64,000 nucleotides of DNA. It comes from Thermoplasmata archaeon (lineage in GTDB: Archaea > Thermoplasmatota > Thermoplasmata > RBG-16-68-12 > SOIM01). Below are positions 45,099 to 54,637 of the stretch, piece by piece (position 1 is the stretch's first letter; each line of letters opens with the position of its first letter). The position numbers and the translations under genes are program-made. Below the pieces are notes generated by a model. That model was not told where the DNA came from and did no database searches. It worked only from the letters and a program-made list of their open reading frames with translations. The stretch lies in the NCBI GenBank assembly GCA_023140195.1, contig JAGLME010000014.1:17656-81655 (forward strand), written 5' to 3'.

Positions 45099-46294
45099 CA
45101 GGGCACCTCCCCATGTGGCGCACCATCCTTGAGATCGACCCACTCTATCTCCTGGCCGGGTCCGTTCTCCTTCATCTGAAGTAACTCATCGTACAGGCCC
45201 CTCAGAGTTGCGGGAGTGATGTCCCTACCTCCGAGACCTGCGATGTAGTTCTTCAGCATCGGCTTGCTGGGTGAATTGTATAAAGCACCGGCGACCTCGG
45301 TGTAGAAGGCCCCTCCGTGTGCGAAGGTGAAGCTCCGGTCCAAGACTCCTATGGAATCCACTTCCTTCGCCAAAGATCTCAACTCGTCCGCTGGGAACGG
45401 TCGGAAGAACCTCATTCGAGCCAGACCTACCTTCTTTCCCTGTTCTCTGTACTCATCGACGACCTCTCTTGCCGTGGCGGCCGAAGTTCCTGCAGCGATT
45501 AGAACGACATCAGCATCATCGCATCTGTAATTGTCAAGAAGTGCTCCGTGGTTCCTGCCGAACTTCTGCTCGAATTCCTCCACCACGTCATAGATGACCT
45601 TCTTGGCCTTGTTCCAGGCCTCGTACATCAGATATCTGAACTCCATGTACCAGTCGGGCATTACGAGGGAACAGAAACCTTTGGGATCGTCCACATCGAG
45701 CTTCTCAGGGGGATCGTAAGGCGGAAGGAAAGCGTCCACGTCGGCTTGTTCGGGTATGTCCACGGCCTCTGTCGTGTGCGAGAGGAAGAACGCATCCTCC
45801 ATTATCATGCTGGGAAGTAGTACGTCATGGTCCTCGGAGATCTTATAGGCCTGGATGATCGAGTCCAGAACCTCTTGGTTGGTCTCGGCATATATCTGCA
45901 TCCAACCCGTATCCCTCTGAGCCACGCTATCCAGATGGTCCGCCCACACGCTCCAGGGGGGTGCCATTGCCCGGTTGATGTTCCCCATGACTATGGGCGT
46001 CCTTGATCCTGAGGCCCAGATGAGGACCTCATGCATGAGAGTCAAGCCGTGAGCGGACGTTGCCGTGAATGTCCGCGCCCCTGCCAGGGAAGCCGAGATA
46101 CAGGCCGCCATGGCGCTGTGCTCGCTCTCGACCTTGACATATTGTGTGTCCATCTCGTTGTTGGCGACGAACTCGGCGAGCTTCTCGACCACCGTGGTTT
46201 GGGGAGTTATTGGATAGGCAGCGACGACCTCCGCTCTGCACAGCTTGCAGCCGTAAGCCAGTGAGTAATTGCCAGTTATGACCTTCTTCACCAT
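45098..46294 (-). CDS. porA: pyruvate (2-oxoacid):ferredoxin oxidoreductase alpha subunit
   Basis: MVKKVITGNYSLAYG...AYPITPQT...SEHSAMAA. Internal ATG at 46294 lies just after the porD stop. Confidence 0.9.
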   Translation of the reverse strand: MVKKVITGNYSLAYGCKLCRAEVVAAYPITPQTTVVEKLAEFVANNEMDTQYVKVESEHSAMAACISASLAGARTFTATSAHGLTLMHEVLIWASGSRTPIVMGNINRAMAPPWSVWADHLDSVAQRDTGWMQIYAETNQEVLDSIIQAYKISEDHDVLLPSMIMEDAFFLSHTTEAVDIPEQADVDAFLPPYDPPEKLDVDDPKGFCSLVMPDWYMEFRYLMYEAWNKAKKVIYDVVEEFEQKFGRNHGALLDNYRCDDADVVLIAAGTSAATAREVVDEYREQGKKVGLARMRFFRPFPADELRSLAKEVDSIGVLDRSFTFAHGGAFYTEVAGALYNSPSKPMLKNYIAGLGGRDITPATLRGLYDELLQMKENGPGQEIEWVDLKDGAPHGEVP

Positions 46295-46296
46295 GG

Positions 46297-46587
46297 CTAT
46301 CTCTCCCTTTCCATCTTGATGCACTTGACCGGACATTCCTCGGCGCATACCGCGCAGCCCTTGCAGTGGTCATAGTCAATCTCGACCTTTCTGTCTTCCT
46401 CTTCCACTATTATGATGGCAGCGTCCGGACAGAACTTCCAGCATATGTAGCACTTGGTGCACTTCTCATAATCTATGATCGGTCTGAACGTCCTCCACAC
46501 TCCGGTCTTGTTGTGGGTCGTGGGCCTGTCCATGATTGGTGTGTAAGGAAGGTCTTTGTAGCTCTTGGGGTCCCATCTCTTCTTCAC
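46297..46587 (-). CDS. porD: pyruvate:ferredoxin oxidoreductase delta subunit (2x[4Fe-4S])
   Basis: [12 protein letters not shown] and [12 protein letters not shown]. Confidence 0.9.
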   Translation of the reverse strand: MKKRWDPKSYKDLPYTPIMDRPTTHNKTGVWRTFRPIIDYEKCTKCYICWKFCPDAAIIIVEEEDRKVEIDYDHCKGCAVCAEECPVKCIKMERER

Positions 46588-47144
46588 TGAGATGATCTCA
46601 CCTCCACCTTTTCGTAAGCGTCCTTGGCAGCCGCGGCGTTCTCCTTTTTCTTGGCAGGTGCGGACTCGAGAATGCTGTCGATCAGAGAATCCAAGCTCAC
46701 GAGTCCGGAGACCTTCGCGAAGGCCCCGAGGATGGCGCTGTTCACTATTGGGGCTGTCTTGCTACCCAAGCCATGTTCGATAGCGATGCTGGTGCCATCC
46801 ACCGTTGCTACCTTCCTGACCTCACCAAGCTCCAGTTCATCAGGGGATTTCTCAGTGTTCACCAGGACCATGCCGTCTTCCTTCAGTCCCTCGATCACGT
46901 TCACTACCGTTACCAGAGAAGGATCCAAGACCAGGACGTAATCAGGCGTGTAGATCTCGGACCTGTCCCTGATAGGATTGTCGTCAACCTTGGCGAAAGC
47001 GGTCACAGGAGCGCCCCTTCTCTCAACGCCAAAATAGGGAAAGGCCTGGACATATTTGCCTTCCCTAAAAGCCGCTTCCACAAGGATTTGAGAGGCAACC
47101 ACGGAACCCTGGCCTCCCCGTCCGTGGAATCGAATCTGAATCAT
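46584..47144 (-). CDS. porG: pyruvate:ferredoxin oxidoreductase gamma subunit
   Basis: [21 protein letters not shown], first gene of the G-D-A-B order. Substrate (pyruvate versus 2-ketoisovalerate) cannot be decided by eye. Confidence 0.88.
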   Translation of the reverse strand: MIQIRFHGRGGQGSVVASQILVEAAFREGKYVQAFPYFGVERRGAPVTAFAKVDDNPIRDRSEIYTPDYVLVLDPSLVTVVNVIEGLKEDGMVLVNTEKSPDELELGEVRKVATVDGTSIAIEHGLGSKTAPIVNSAILGAFAKVSGLVSLDSLIDSILESAPAKKKENAAAAKDAYEKVEVRSSQ

Positions 47145-47292
47145 ATCGTACCGATTTTACCTAAGTCAGACCGATTATATTATGTTTGCTTAGACCCCCG
47201 AGCCATATTCCGAATTTCGATAATCATTGTAGATAATCTTGACGAAACGTATAGACCCCCCCAGGTTAATCAATTTACGAGGAGTTAGAAGA

Positions 47293-47547
47293 GTGCCAAA
47301 GATAGAAGACGACTATACCAAGAAAATACTCATGGGTCTCTCCATCTCTCCAAAATGCCCTAGGGAACTAGGCAGGATCTACGATATACCCATAGCCACA
47401 TGCTACGAAAGAGTACGTATGCTCGAGACCAAGGGAATCATTGAGCAAATCCTGACGTTGTTTACCAAGAACGGGAAAGCCTTACGCTTCTATCGAATCT
47501 CATGTAAGAACCGGAAGATTCTGGTTCAACCTCTCACCCATGCATGA
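47293..47547 (+). CDS. small winged-helix transcriptional regulator
   Basis: GTG at 47293 lies 8 nt after AGGAG. CPRELGRIYDIPIATCYERVRMLETKGII is an HTH-like segment. Confidence 0.55.
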   Translation: MPKIEDDYTKKILMGLSISPKCPRELGRIYDIPIATCYERVRMLETKGIIEQILTLFTKNGKALRFYRISCKNRKILVQPLTHA

Positions 47548-47563
47548 GTGAGTTTTCATACTG

Positions 47564-48217
47564 CTAGCCCAAAACACCCCGCACGCTTCTAATTTCCTCT
47601 ACTATCTTTTTGGCGGAGCCACTTGGGTCCGGAGAATTGTATATCGACCTTCCCACTATGCAGTAGTCTGCTCCCGCCTCAATGGTTGCGGCCGGGGTCC
47701 CTCCCTGCGCGCCCACGCCCGGTGACAGGATGGTCAGATCTCCCACTATCTCTCTCAACACCTTCACCCTCTCGGGCCTTGTCGCCGGAGCGATGATCCC
47801 CGATGCGCCCGCGTCCACTGCCAGACGTGCCAACTGATCCGCTATAGGTGCTGTGTACGCCTGCCCTCCAGGATGGCTCATCTCGGTCACCACGAAGACG
47901 TCGCCCTTGGCCGCATCAACGCACGCTTTCACCGAGTCCTCGCCCACGAAACCCTGCACTATGACCCCGCTGGCACCGTGTCCGAACACCTGCTCTACGA
48001 TCAACCTGTTGATGTTGGGGATGTCCGCGACCTTGAAATCGCATATCACGTCCTTTCTCTCTGCCAGTTCGGTGATGATCTCCATGCCGCAAGATAGGGC
48101 GAGAGGATAGTTCACCTTTATCGCGTCAAGGTACTCAGAAACCTCATCGGCGATGTGGATGGCCTGGCTTCTCTTGGTGACATCAAGGGCCAAAACCAGC
48201 CTCGTGTCCCTCTTCAT
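47564..48217 (-). CDS. pyrF: orotidine 5'-phosphate decarboxylase
   Basis: LVLALDV, DFKVADIPN, GVGAQGG motifs; 217 aa. Confidence 0.85.
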   Translation of the reverse strand: MKRDTRLVLALDVTKRSQAIHIADEVSEYLDAIKVNYPLALSCGMEIITELAERKDVICDFKVADIPNINRLIVEQVFGHGASGVIVQGFVGEDSVKACVDAAKGDVFVVTEMSHPGGQAYTAPIADQLARLAVDAGASGIIAPATRPERVKVLREIVGDLTILSPGVGAQGGTPAATIEAGADYCIVGRSIYNSPDPSGSAKKIVEEIRSVRGVLG

Positions 48218-48266
48218 CGCACCCGTATGGGGGCACGTGTTAAAACTCTTTTTGAGAATTGAGGCA

Positions 48267-48280
48267 ACACTTTTAAGTAG
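48267..48280 (+). promoter_or_regulatory. TATA-box promoter of first tandem GTPase gene
   Basis: ACACTTTTAAGTAG about 50 nt upstream of GTG 48328. Shares the ACTTTTAAGTA core with 48926-48941 and 49602-49617. Confidence 0.45.
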
Positions 48281-48327
48281 AAACGGAAGGCTGGAATTCC
48301 CATACTGCCAGCGTTGGACTTGCGAGT

Positions 48328-48903
48328 GTGACTATCGTGAGCGAACTCGAAAAGGTAAAGGCGAAGATTTGTCTCGTTGGAGAGGCTGCAGTGGGTAAGA
48401 CCTCACTCATAAGGCGGTACGTTCTCGACGATTTTGACGACAAGTACATTACGACTCTTGGTGCGAAGGTGTCCAAGAAGAAGATGGAGTTCGATGTGCC
48501 CAACAACGGTATGCGCGTCGGAATGGACATGACCATCTGGGACATTATGGGAGAGAAGGGGTTCAGGGACCTGGTGAAAGAAGCTTTCTTCGTTGGGACC
48601 CGAGGGGTACTGGCGGTGTGCGACATAACTCGGTATGATACGCTGAAAGAACTGGATGATTGGGTCCAGTCCGTTTTCAAGGTGGTCGGGAACATCCCGG
48701 TGATCTTCGCTGTCAACAAGGTCGATCTCAAGGACGAGGTACTTCTGATGTACGGTGACACCGAGCTCGACCAGGCATCCAGAGCGTTCGATGCACACTA
48801 TCTGTACACCAGTGCAAAGACGGGTGAGAACGTCGAGGAAGCTTTCAGGTTGATGGGCGAGAGGATTGTTGAATCCAGTATATCTCCTCGATTGGCGAAG
48901 TGA
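48328..48903 (+). CDS. Ras/Rab-like small GTPase
   Basis: G1 GEAAVGKT, switch I YITTLGAKV, G3 WDIMGEKG, G4 VNKVDL, G5 SAKTGENV. 191 aa, no CaaX. Confidence 0.85.
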   Translation: MTIVSELEKVKAKICLVGEAAVGKTSLIRRYVLDDFDDKYITTLGAKVSKKKMEFDVPNNGMRVGMDMTIWDIMGEKGFRDLVKEAFFVGTRGVLAVCDITRYDTLKELDDWVQSVFKVVGNIPVIFAVNKVDLKDEVLLMYGDTELDQASRAFDAHYLYTSAKTGENVEEAFRLMGERIVESSISPRLAK

Positions 48904-48925
48904 TAGACACCCGTGAGAATCCACT

Positions 48926-48941
48926 CGATACTTTTAAGTAT
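48926..48941 (+). promoter_or_regulatory. palindromic TATA-box element upstream of second GTPase gene
   Basis: CGATACTTTTAAGTAT, identical to 49602-49617. GATACT-TTTA-AGTATC forms a 6-bp inverted repeat. The ATG at 48965 is about 26-33 nt downstream (leaderless-like). Confidence 0.5.
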
Positions 48942-48964
48942 CTCAGAATTATAGAAATACCCTG

Positions 48965-49570
48965 ATGGGTCCTGACTTTTCTGAAGGTGGAGAATCCGTG
49001 TCGACATCCGGAGCGCAGACCAAGAAGGTGAAGAGCAAGATTTGCCTCATCGGAGAGAAGGCTGTGGGCAAGACCAGTCTGATAAGACAGTACGTTACTA
49101 ACATGTTCGACGACAGATACATCACCACCGTCGGTACGAAGGTCTCCAAGAAGGAGATGTTGATAAAGAAGCCTGAGCACGGTTTCGACGTTCAGATCGA
49201 CATGACCATATGGGACATCATGGGGGAAAAAGGATTCAGGGAGCTACTGAAGGATGCCTATTTCTACGGCGCCAATGGAATACTCGGGGTGGCGGACATC
49301 ACCCGGGAGAAGACGTTGGACGACCTGGACGATTGGATCGACTCCACACTGAAGACCGCTGGAAAGATACCGCTTCTGATCGCGATCAACAAGACCGATC
49401 TGGAAGAGGCAGTGCAGGTGGGCGACAAAGAGGTTCTTCAGCTGGCAAAGGCCTTCAATTGCCCGTTCATCTACACGAGCGCCAAGGAGGGCAACAACGT
49501 GGAGGATGCGTTCTACCAGTTGGGTGAGATGACCTTGGACGCCCAGTTGGGTTTTGTGAAGCCTGAGTGA
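48965..49570 (+). CDS. Ras/Rab-like small GTPase
   Basis: G1 GEKAVGKT, switch I YITTVGTKV, G3 WDIMGEKG, G4 INKTDL, G5 SAKEGNNV. 201 aa, no CaaX. Confidence 0.85.
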   Translation: MGPDFSEGGESVSTSGAQTKKVKSKICLIGEKAVGKTSLIRQYVTNMFDDRYITTVGTKVSKKEMLIKKPEHGFDVQIDMTIWDIMGEKGFRELLKDAYFYGANGILGVADITREKTLDDLDDWIDSTLKTAGKIPLLIAINKTDLEEAVQVGDKEVLQLAKAFNCPFIYTSAKEGNNVEDAFYQLGEMTLDAQLGFVKPE

Positions 49571-49601
49571 TATTCGCTGGTTTCTGAGCCAGACCATTAT
49601 C

Positions 49602-49617
49602 CGATACTTTTAAGTAT
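49602..49617 (+). promoter_or_regulatory. second copy of the 16-nt TATA-box element, upstream of giant surface-protein gene
   Basis: CGATACTTTTAAGTAT lies about 160 nt upstream of ATG 49778. An in-frame TAG 6 codons upstream of that ATG excludes a longer ORF. Confidence 0.45.
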
Positions 49618-49777
49618 TTCCCGCTTAATGAGAAAGGTTGCATTCCCTTGTCGATTTGCGTGTATACTTGGTAATGTCCCTATTGGAGAAGACGACAGCA
49701 GACTTGAGCTACTGGGGCTGAAGCCAGCATCGGGGTGTGAAGAAGGGGGAACTGTTCCCTAGCCTCGGGGAAAAGCC

Positions 49778-52700
49778 ATGAGAGATCCCAACCTCACACG
49801 GAAGGCAATCCATCTCCTCGTTCTAATCGTTGTAGTGCAGAGCATAATGGCGGGATTCTCAAACAGGCCTGTCTCCGGCCAAGAGCCAGTGGTCTCTGAT
49901 GTTGGTAGCTGGAGGAGAACCGCCACTTGGGGATTAGACGATCCTGGGAACTACACATTGAATAATGTCAACTTCCAAAGTGGAAGTGCGAATCTCACCC
50001 TCAACGACTTCTCATGGTCCGAAAGCAATCAGAGTGATTTCATGGACGGTTCTTGGGACGACAATGTCACGATTACGCCAGATGGGAACTTGACGCTGAA
50101 ACATGATGATACAAACCTCATCCAGAATGGGGATTTCAGCGCTGATTCGGATTGGACGTATTCCAATGGAACGGGGGGCAATGTCATCGCTGAACGCGAT
50201 GGAGTTCTGAACAACTCACATCTCCACCACTTTGAGCCAGTGCAACTCCCACTTTTCTTTGACAGAATGGACAGCGAGGCTAACTGGTTTTGGATTGGAA
50301 ACTCCTCTGGTGGCTCGAAATCCCTCAACACTTCCCTGCCCCATGAAGGGGGTGCATCCATACGGGTCAACTGGACACCCAGTAGCCCCGACAAGTGGGC
50401 TGGTATGATTCGAACTGCACCTACACAATGGGATTGGTCATCCTACAACAGGTTGAGTATGTGGCTAGCGACAGGCTATGACGGGGGCAATCTCGAGAGT
50501 CATCTTACGTTGATGGATGTGAATACAGTCAGTTGGGACTCTCCCAGGGAACTGGTCTCGGGAGATTGGAGTGAGCGTGTCTTTGATTTGGATGGGTTCA
50601 CTGGCAACATCTCGCGGGTCAAGGAGATTTCCATCAAGTTCACGGGCATCGGTGGTTCTGTGAACATGAGCGTTTCCATCGACGACATCAAACTATATCG
50701 AGTGAAGATCTTCGAGGAAACCGGTTACGTAAATCAAACCTTTGCAAAAGCCAATGTGACTGAAAACATCCCGGGAAATGTCATGTTGAGCTTTGATGTT
50801 CTAATCGAGGAACGTACGAACGTAGTAGATTCCAACCTCACTCTTCTGGTTATGAATTCGACAAGTAATTTCACGTGGGAAAAGAATCTGACCACTCCGC
50901 CCTATTCGAGTCATATCATTGCAGATCTGAGTTGGCTCATGATTAAGGACGGTAGCTACAATCTTAGTCTTCAACTTCATTTGTCGGTAAACACCCGTAT
51001 GGTAACGAGTTATTCCGTCAGGTTTGACAACATCACAATTATCGCCCATAATCGCAAGAACGGAACGTATCTGTCTGAATCCTATGACACGCAGTCCCAG
51101 TCTCTATGGAAGAACATAGCTTGGACCGAGGGCCAACCAGATCCAGAGACGAACATCAGCATTATGACAAGAACTGGGAACTCCAGCAACACATCCGATG
51201 GGTCATGGTCTGGCTGGGACACACATCTTGCCAACTCAATCATGTCACCTCCAAACAGGTACATCCAATACAGGGTCGGCCTCAACACCACAAACGCCAG
51301 CAAGGGTCCGATGCTCACCAACATCAGCTTGAGTTATGACCAATACCCTCGAATCGGCACCGTTGAAACAGACAACTTCACTGTACCAGATATTCACTCC
51401 TGGGAGATCTTTGAGGTAAACGAGACCATTCTCCCCGAGACCGAGATAGACTACTACTTCTCCTCTGACCTTGGCAGTAATTGGGTCCCCATGGGCGACG
51501 GGGCCAACCTCTCATTCGTCACAAACAACACCATCAAACTGAAAGCCGAGCTCAAGACATCCAACACCACCTTCACTCCACAGTTGCTTGAGTTTAGACT
51601 CACCTACGAGTACACGGGGCCGCTCGACCACATCCACATGTCTGATTCGCTCTTGTCCACGACTGCCAACACCACCCTCTTCCTGTCGGCCTGGGGCCAC
51701 GATATACTTCATCGTAACGTCACATTCACCCAGAAATGGGAAACGACCGATCCGCTGGGCAATGTAATCCAATTCGGGAGCTACACTGCCGGCAAGGTCG
51801 GGAGCTGGAGGGTCTACTGCAACAACACCGCTGACACCATCTCCAACTGGACCACGGTCGATGTGTCAGCAGGTTCTATATTCCGAATTGGGATCGATCC
51901 GTGGGACCCTGGAACGCTTACCGCGGATGACGAACTTCGGTTCAATGCCACTGGCTACGATGCGATGGACAACCCCTTTACTATCACTCCCAACTGGTCC
52001 GTATCAGGCGGTATTGGCACTGTAGATTCTGGCCCGAACGCCACATCCCTCTTCCAGGCCACTCAAACCGGAACGGGTCGGGTCAGCATAACTGACGGAA
52101 TCCATACGAACCAAACCAACCTCTTCTCCGTGATTGCTGGACAACTGGCCTCGATTGCCGTAAACCCCTCTTCCAAGGACCTCCTGCCCGACCAGTCAAC
52201 CGTCTTCACGGCTCAGGGATATGACGGGGATGGGAACCCACTGACACTCACTTCCACATCTTGGGAAACGAACGCAGGCACCATAACCGGGAGCACACCT
52301 ACCATTGCCGACTTCACCGCCCAATCCACGGAGCTGTTGGGGGGATACGTCAGGGCAACCCAGGATTCCATTTCAGGTGAGGCCGTTGTCAACGTGAATG
52401 ACAATGACGATCCACCGCGGATCCAAGGCGTTGTGCCAGACCAGCTGAAGACCGAGGACCATGGTACGTGGACGCTGGACCTTTCTACCTTCGCCAGCGA
52501 TCAGGAGGATGACGATTCCAAACTCAAGTGGAGGGTCACTGGGGATGATTCATCCCTATACACGATTGCAGGAGAGGACCAACCCGGGAACCATGTTCTC
52601 ACATTCTCCACAAAGCAGGACGCGAACGGCAACAACGGGGTCACGCTCTGGTTGATTGATACTCGTGGCCAAACCTCCCAGCAGTCGCTCTGGGTCAACA

Positions 52701-54637
52701 TCACCCCTGTGAATGACAGACCATCGATATTTGCCCCGGAAAAGGTCTTTGTCAGGTTCGATGTGCCAAGTCCTGAGGACTACTCCTCATATGTCGATGA
52801 TGTGGACAACCCCATTGGAGATCTAACGATATCCACAGACGATCCTGGTCACACGTCAGTTCAAGGCCTGGAGGTCACTTACGAGTACCCAGAGAGCATG
52901 GTGGGGGAATCAGTCCTTGTCATCCTCACGGTTTCAGACGGGCTTGACCAGGCTCAGGACGTGGTGGAGGTCATCGTGAGCAGCAACTACCCTCCCCGCA
53001 CTCTCACCCCAATCCCGGATGTTGTCATAGACGAGGACGAGATCCTCAACGATCATTTCGACCTGAACGACCACTTCGAAGATCCGGACGACAGTGAACT
53101 CACCTTCGGGTCACTCTCTCAGAGAGTGGGAATAGACATCGACTCCAACGGTTTGGTCTCCCTCCACCCGGAGGCGAACTGGTTCGGAGACGAATTGGTG
53201 ATGTTCTCCGCTACGGACAGTTCTGGCGCGGTTGCGTACGATCCGGTGTCCGTCAGCGTGCTCCCCATCAACGATCCACCCAGCATTGGAGGCTTGCCAG
53301 ACATAACGATTCACTATGGCATCACATTCGACTTCGATGTCTCACCCTACATTTCTGACGTTGACAATCTGATCAGTGAGCTGACGATCTTCTGCTCGGA
53401 TCCTGGCTGCTCGACCATTCAGGGCACCACCATCTCGTTCACGTATCTGACTGAGACGACGGTCCTGGTGACCGTTACCGTCAGCGATGGGGAGTATCAG
53501 GATTCTGATAACATGGAGGTCCGAGTGACAGACAACAATCCGCCCGTGTCCAAAGGTCTTCCAGATGTGTTCTTCAATGAAGATGAGGCTCTTCAGTCTG
53601 CATTTGACCTTGACCATTATTTCAGCGATTTGGAGGGCGACGCTCTTACCTTCTCGGTCAACCAGACCCAGTCCTACGTCCAGGTCTTAATTGGGATCGA
53701 CAACGTGGTATCATTCTCTTCATCCGAGAACTGGAGCGGCCAACAGATCATTGTATTCAGGGCCGTTGACGAGGACGCTGCGGTCGTTGAGGACTCGATC
53801 ATTGCCACAGTGATCCCTGTGAACGATGCTCCCGTCATCTCCCCGATTCCAAGGCAGAGTGGCGAGAAGAACAAGGCCTGGCTGCTCGATCTGACTTCAT
53901 ACATCTTTGATTCCGACAACAAGACCGACGACCTTTGGATAGAGTCTGACTTTGAATATGTGGTAGTGGCCGGACACTTCCTGATTTTCAATTGCGAAGA
54001 GAGCTTCGATTCGAGGGATGCCAGGGCAACCGTGAACGATGGTCTGCTTCAGAGCTCCAGCCCATTCGAGGTCAGCGTCACCTCTCCTGTCAACCCTCAG
54101 GTCGAGATGTACATATGGCCGACGTCGATAGGTATCATCCTGCTGGGATTGGTCGGATTGCTTTACTGGAGAGCATCCAGGGGTTTTGTGCTGGAGGATC
54201 TCTTCGTTATCGGAAAGGACGGAAAACTCCGGGTCCACAAGAGCACGCGGACCAGACCAGACAGAGATGAGGATCTTTTCTCCGGAATGTTGACCGTCAT
54301 TCGAGATTTCACCGCAGACACCTTCAGGGAAGAAAAGGGCACCCTGAAGTCTTTCGAGCTGGAAGAGGATAAGAAGGTCATCATGGAGTCTGCAGAGGGC
54401 TTCTATGTAGCATTGATTTTCTCTGGAAAGGAACCCCGGTGGGCGCCGAAGTCGCTTGAAGCCTTCTCCCAGGACATGGAGACCATGTACGGTCCTTTGA
54501 TCACGTCTTGGTCAGGAGCCATGGATGAGTTGGGAGACCTTCCTAATATGGCCGATTTCTTCATACATAAGAGAAGATACAGCGTCGGGGATTGGCAACC
54601 AACTGAAGATGAACTATCGTTCGAAGAAGCGGACTAA
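49778..54637 (+). CDS. giant sequon-rich surface protein with Ig/cadherin-like repeats, one TM helix and a cytoplasmic alpha/beta domain
   Basis: Signal anchor LLVLIVVVQSIMAGFS. About three dozen N-x-S/T sequons in the first ~700 aa. Repeats ending in VNDRP / INDPP / VNDAP. TM MYIWPTSIGIILLGLVGLLYW (54107-54169). C-terminal ~150 aa resembles the insert of 18008-20974. Confidence 0.9.
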   Translation: MRDPNLTRKAIHLLVLIVVVQSIMAGFSNRPVSGQEPVVSDVGSWRRTATWGLDDPGNYTLNNVNFQSGSANLTLNDFSWSESNQSDFMDGSWDDNVTITPDGNLTLKHDDTNLIQNGDFSADSDWTYSNGTGGNVIAERDGVLNNSHLHHFEPVQLPLFFDRMDSEANWFWIGNSSGGSKSLNTSLPHEGGASIRVNWTPSSPDKWAGMIRTAPTQWDWSSYNRLSMWLATGYDGGNLESHLTLMDVNTVSWDSPRELVSGDWSERVFDLDGFTGNISRVKEISIKFTGIGGSVNMSVSIDDIKLYRVKIFEETGYVNQTFAKANVTENIPGNVMLSFDVLIEERTNVVDSNLTLLVMNSTSNFTWEKNLTTPPYSSHIIADLSWLMIKDGSYNLSLQLHLSVNTRMVTSYSVRFDNITIIAHNRKNGTYLSESYDTQSQSLWKNIAWTEGQPDPETNISIMTRTGNSSNTSDGSWSGWDTHLANSIMSPPNRYIQYRVGLNTTNASKGPMLTNISLSYDQYPRIGTVETDNFTVPDIHSWEIFEVNETILPETEIDYYFSSDLGSNWVPMGDGANLSFVTNNTIKLKAELKTSNTTFTPQLLEFRLTYEYTGPLDHIHMSDSLLSTTANTTLFLSAWGHDILHRNVTFTQKWETTDPLGNVIQFGSYTAGKVGSWRVYCNNTADTISNWTTVDVSAGSIFRIGIDPWDPGTLTADDELRFNATGYDAMDNPFTITPNWSVSGGIGTVDSGPNATSLFQATQTGTGRVSITDGIHTNQTNLFSVIAGQLASIAVNPSSKDLLPDQSTVFTAQGYDGDGNPLTLTSTSWETNAGTITGSTPTIADFTAQSTELLGGYVRATQDSISGEAVVNVNDNDDPPRIQGVVPDQLKTEDHGTWTLDLSTFASDQEDDDSKLKWRVTGDDSSLYTIAGEDQPGNHVLTFSTKQDANGNNGVTLWLIDTRGQTSQQSLWVNITPVNDRPSIFAPEKVFVRFDVPSPEDYSSYVDDVDNPIGDLTISTDDPGHTSVQGLEVTYEYPESMVGESVLVILTVSDGLDQAQDVVEVIVSSNYPPRTLTPIPDVVIDEDEILNDHFDLNDHFEDPDDSELTFGSLSQRVGIDIDSNGLVSLHPEANWFGDELVMFSATDSSGAVAYDPVSVSVLPINDPPSIGGLPDITIHYGITFDFDVSPYISDVDNLISELTIFCSDPGCSTIQGTTISFTYLTETTVLVTVTVSDGEYQDSDNMEVRVTDNNPPVSKGLPDVFFNEDEALQSAFDLDHYFSDLEGDALTFSVNQTQSYVQVLIGIDNVVSFSSSENWSGQQIIVFRAVDEDAAVVEDSIIATVIPVNDAPVISPIPRQSGEKNKAWLLDLTSYIFDSDNKTDDLWIESDFEYVVVAGHFLIFNCEESFDSRDARATVNDGLLQSSSPFEVSVTSPVNPQVEMYIWPTSIGIILLGLVGLLYWRASRGFVLEDLFVIGKDGKLRVHKSTRTRPDRDEDLFSGMLTVIRDFTADTFREEKGTLKSFELEEDKKVIMESAEGFYVALIFSGKEPRWAPKSLEAFSQDMETMYGPLITSWSGAMDELGDLPNMADFFIHKRRYSVGDWQPTEDELSFEEAD

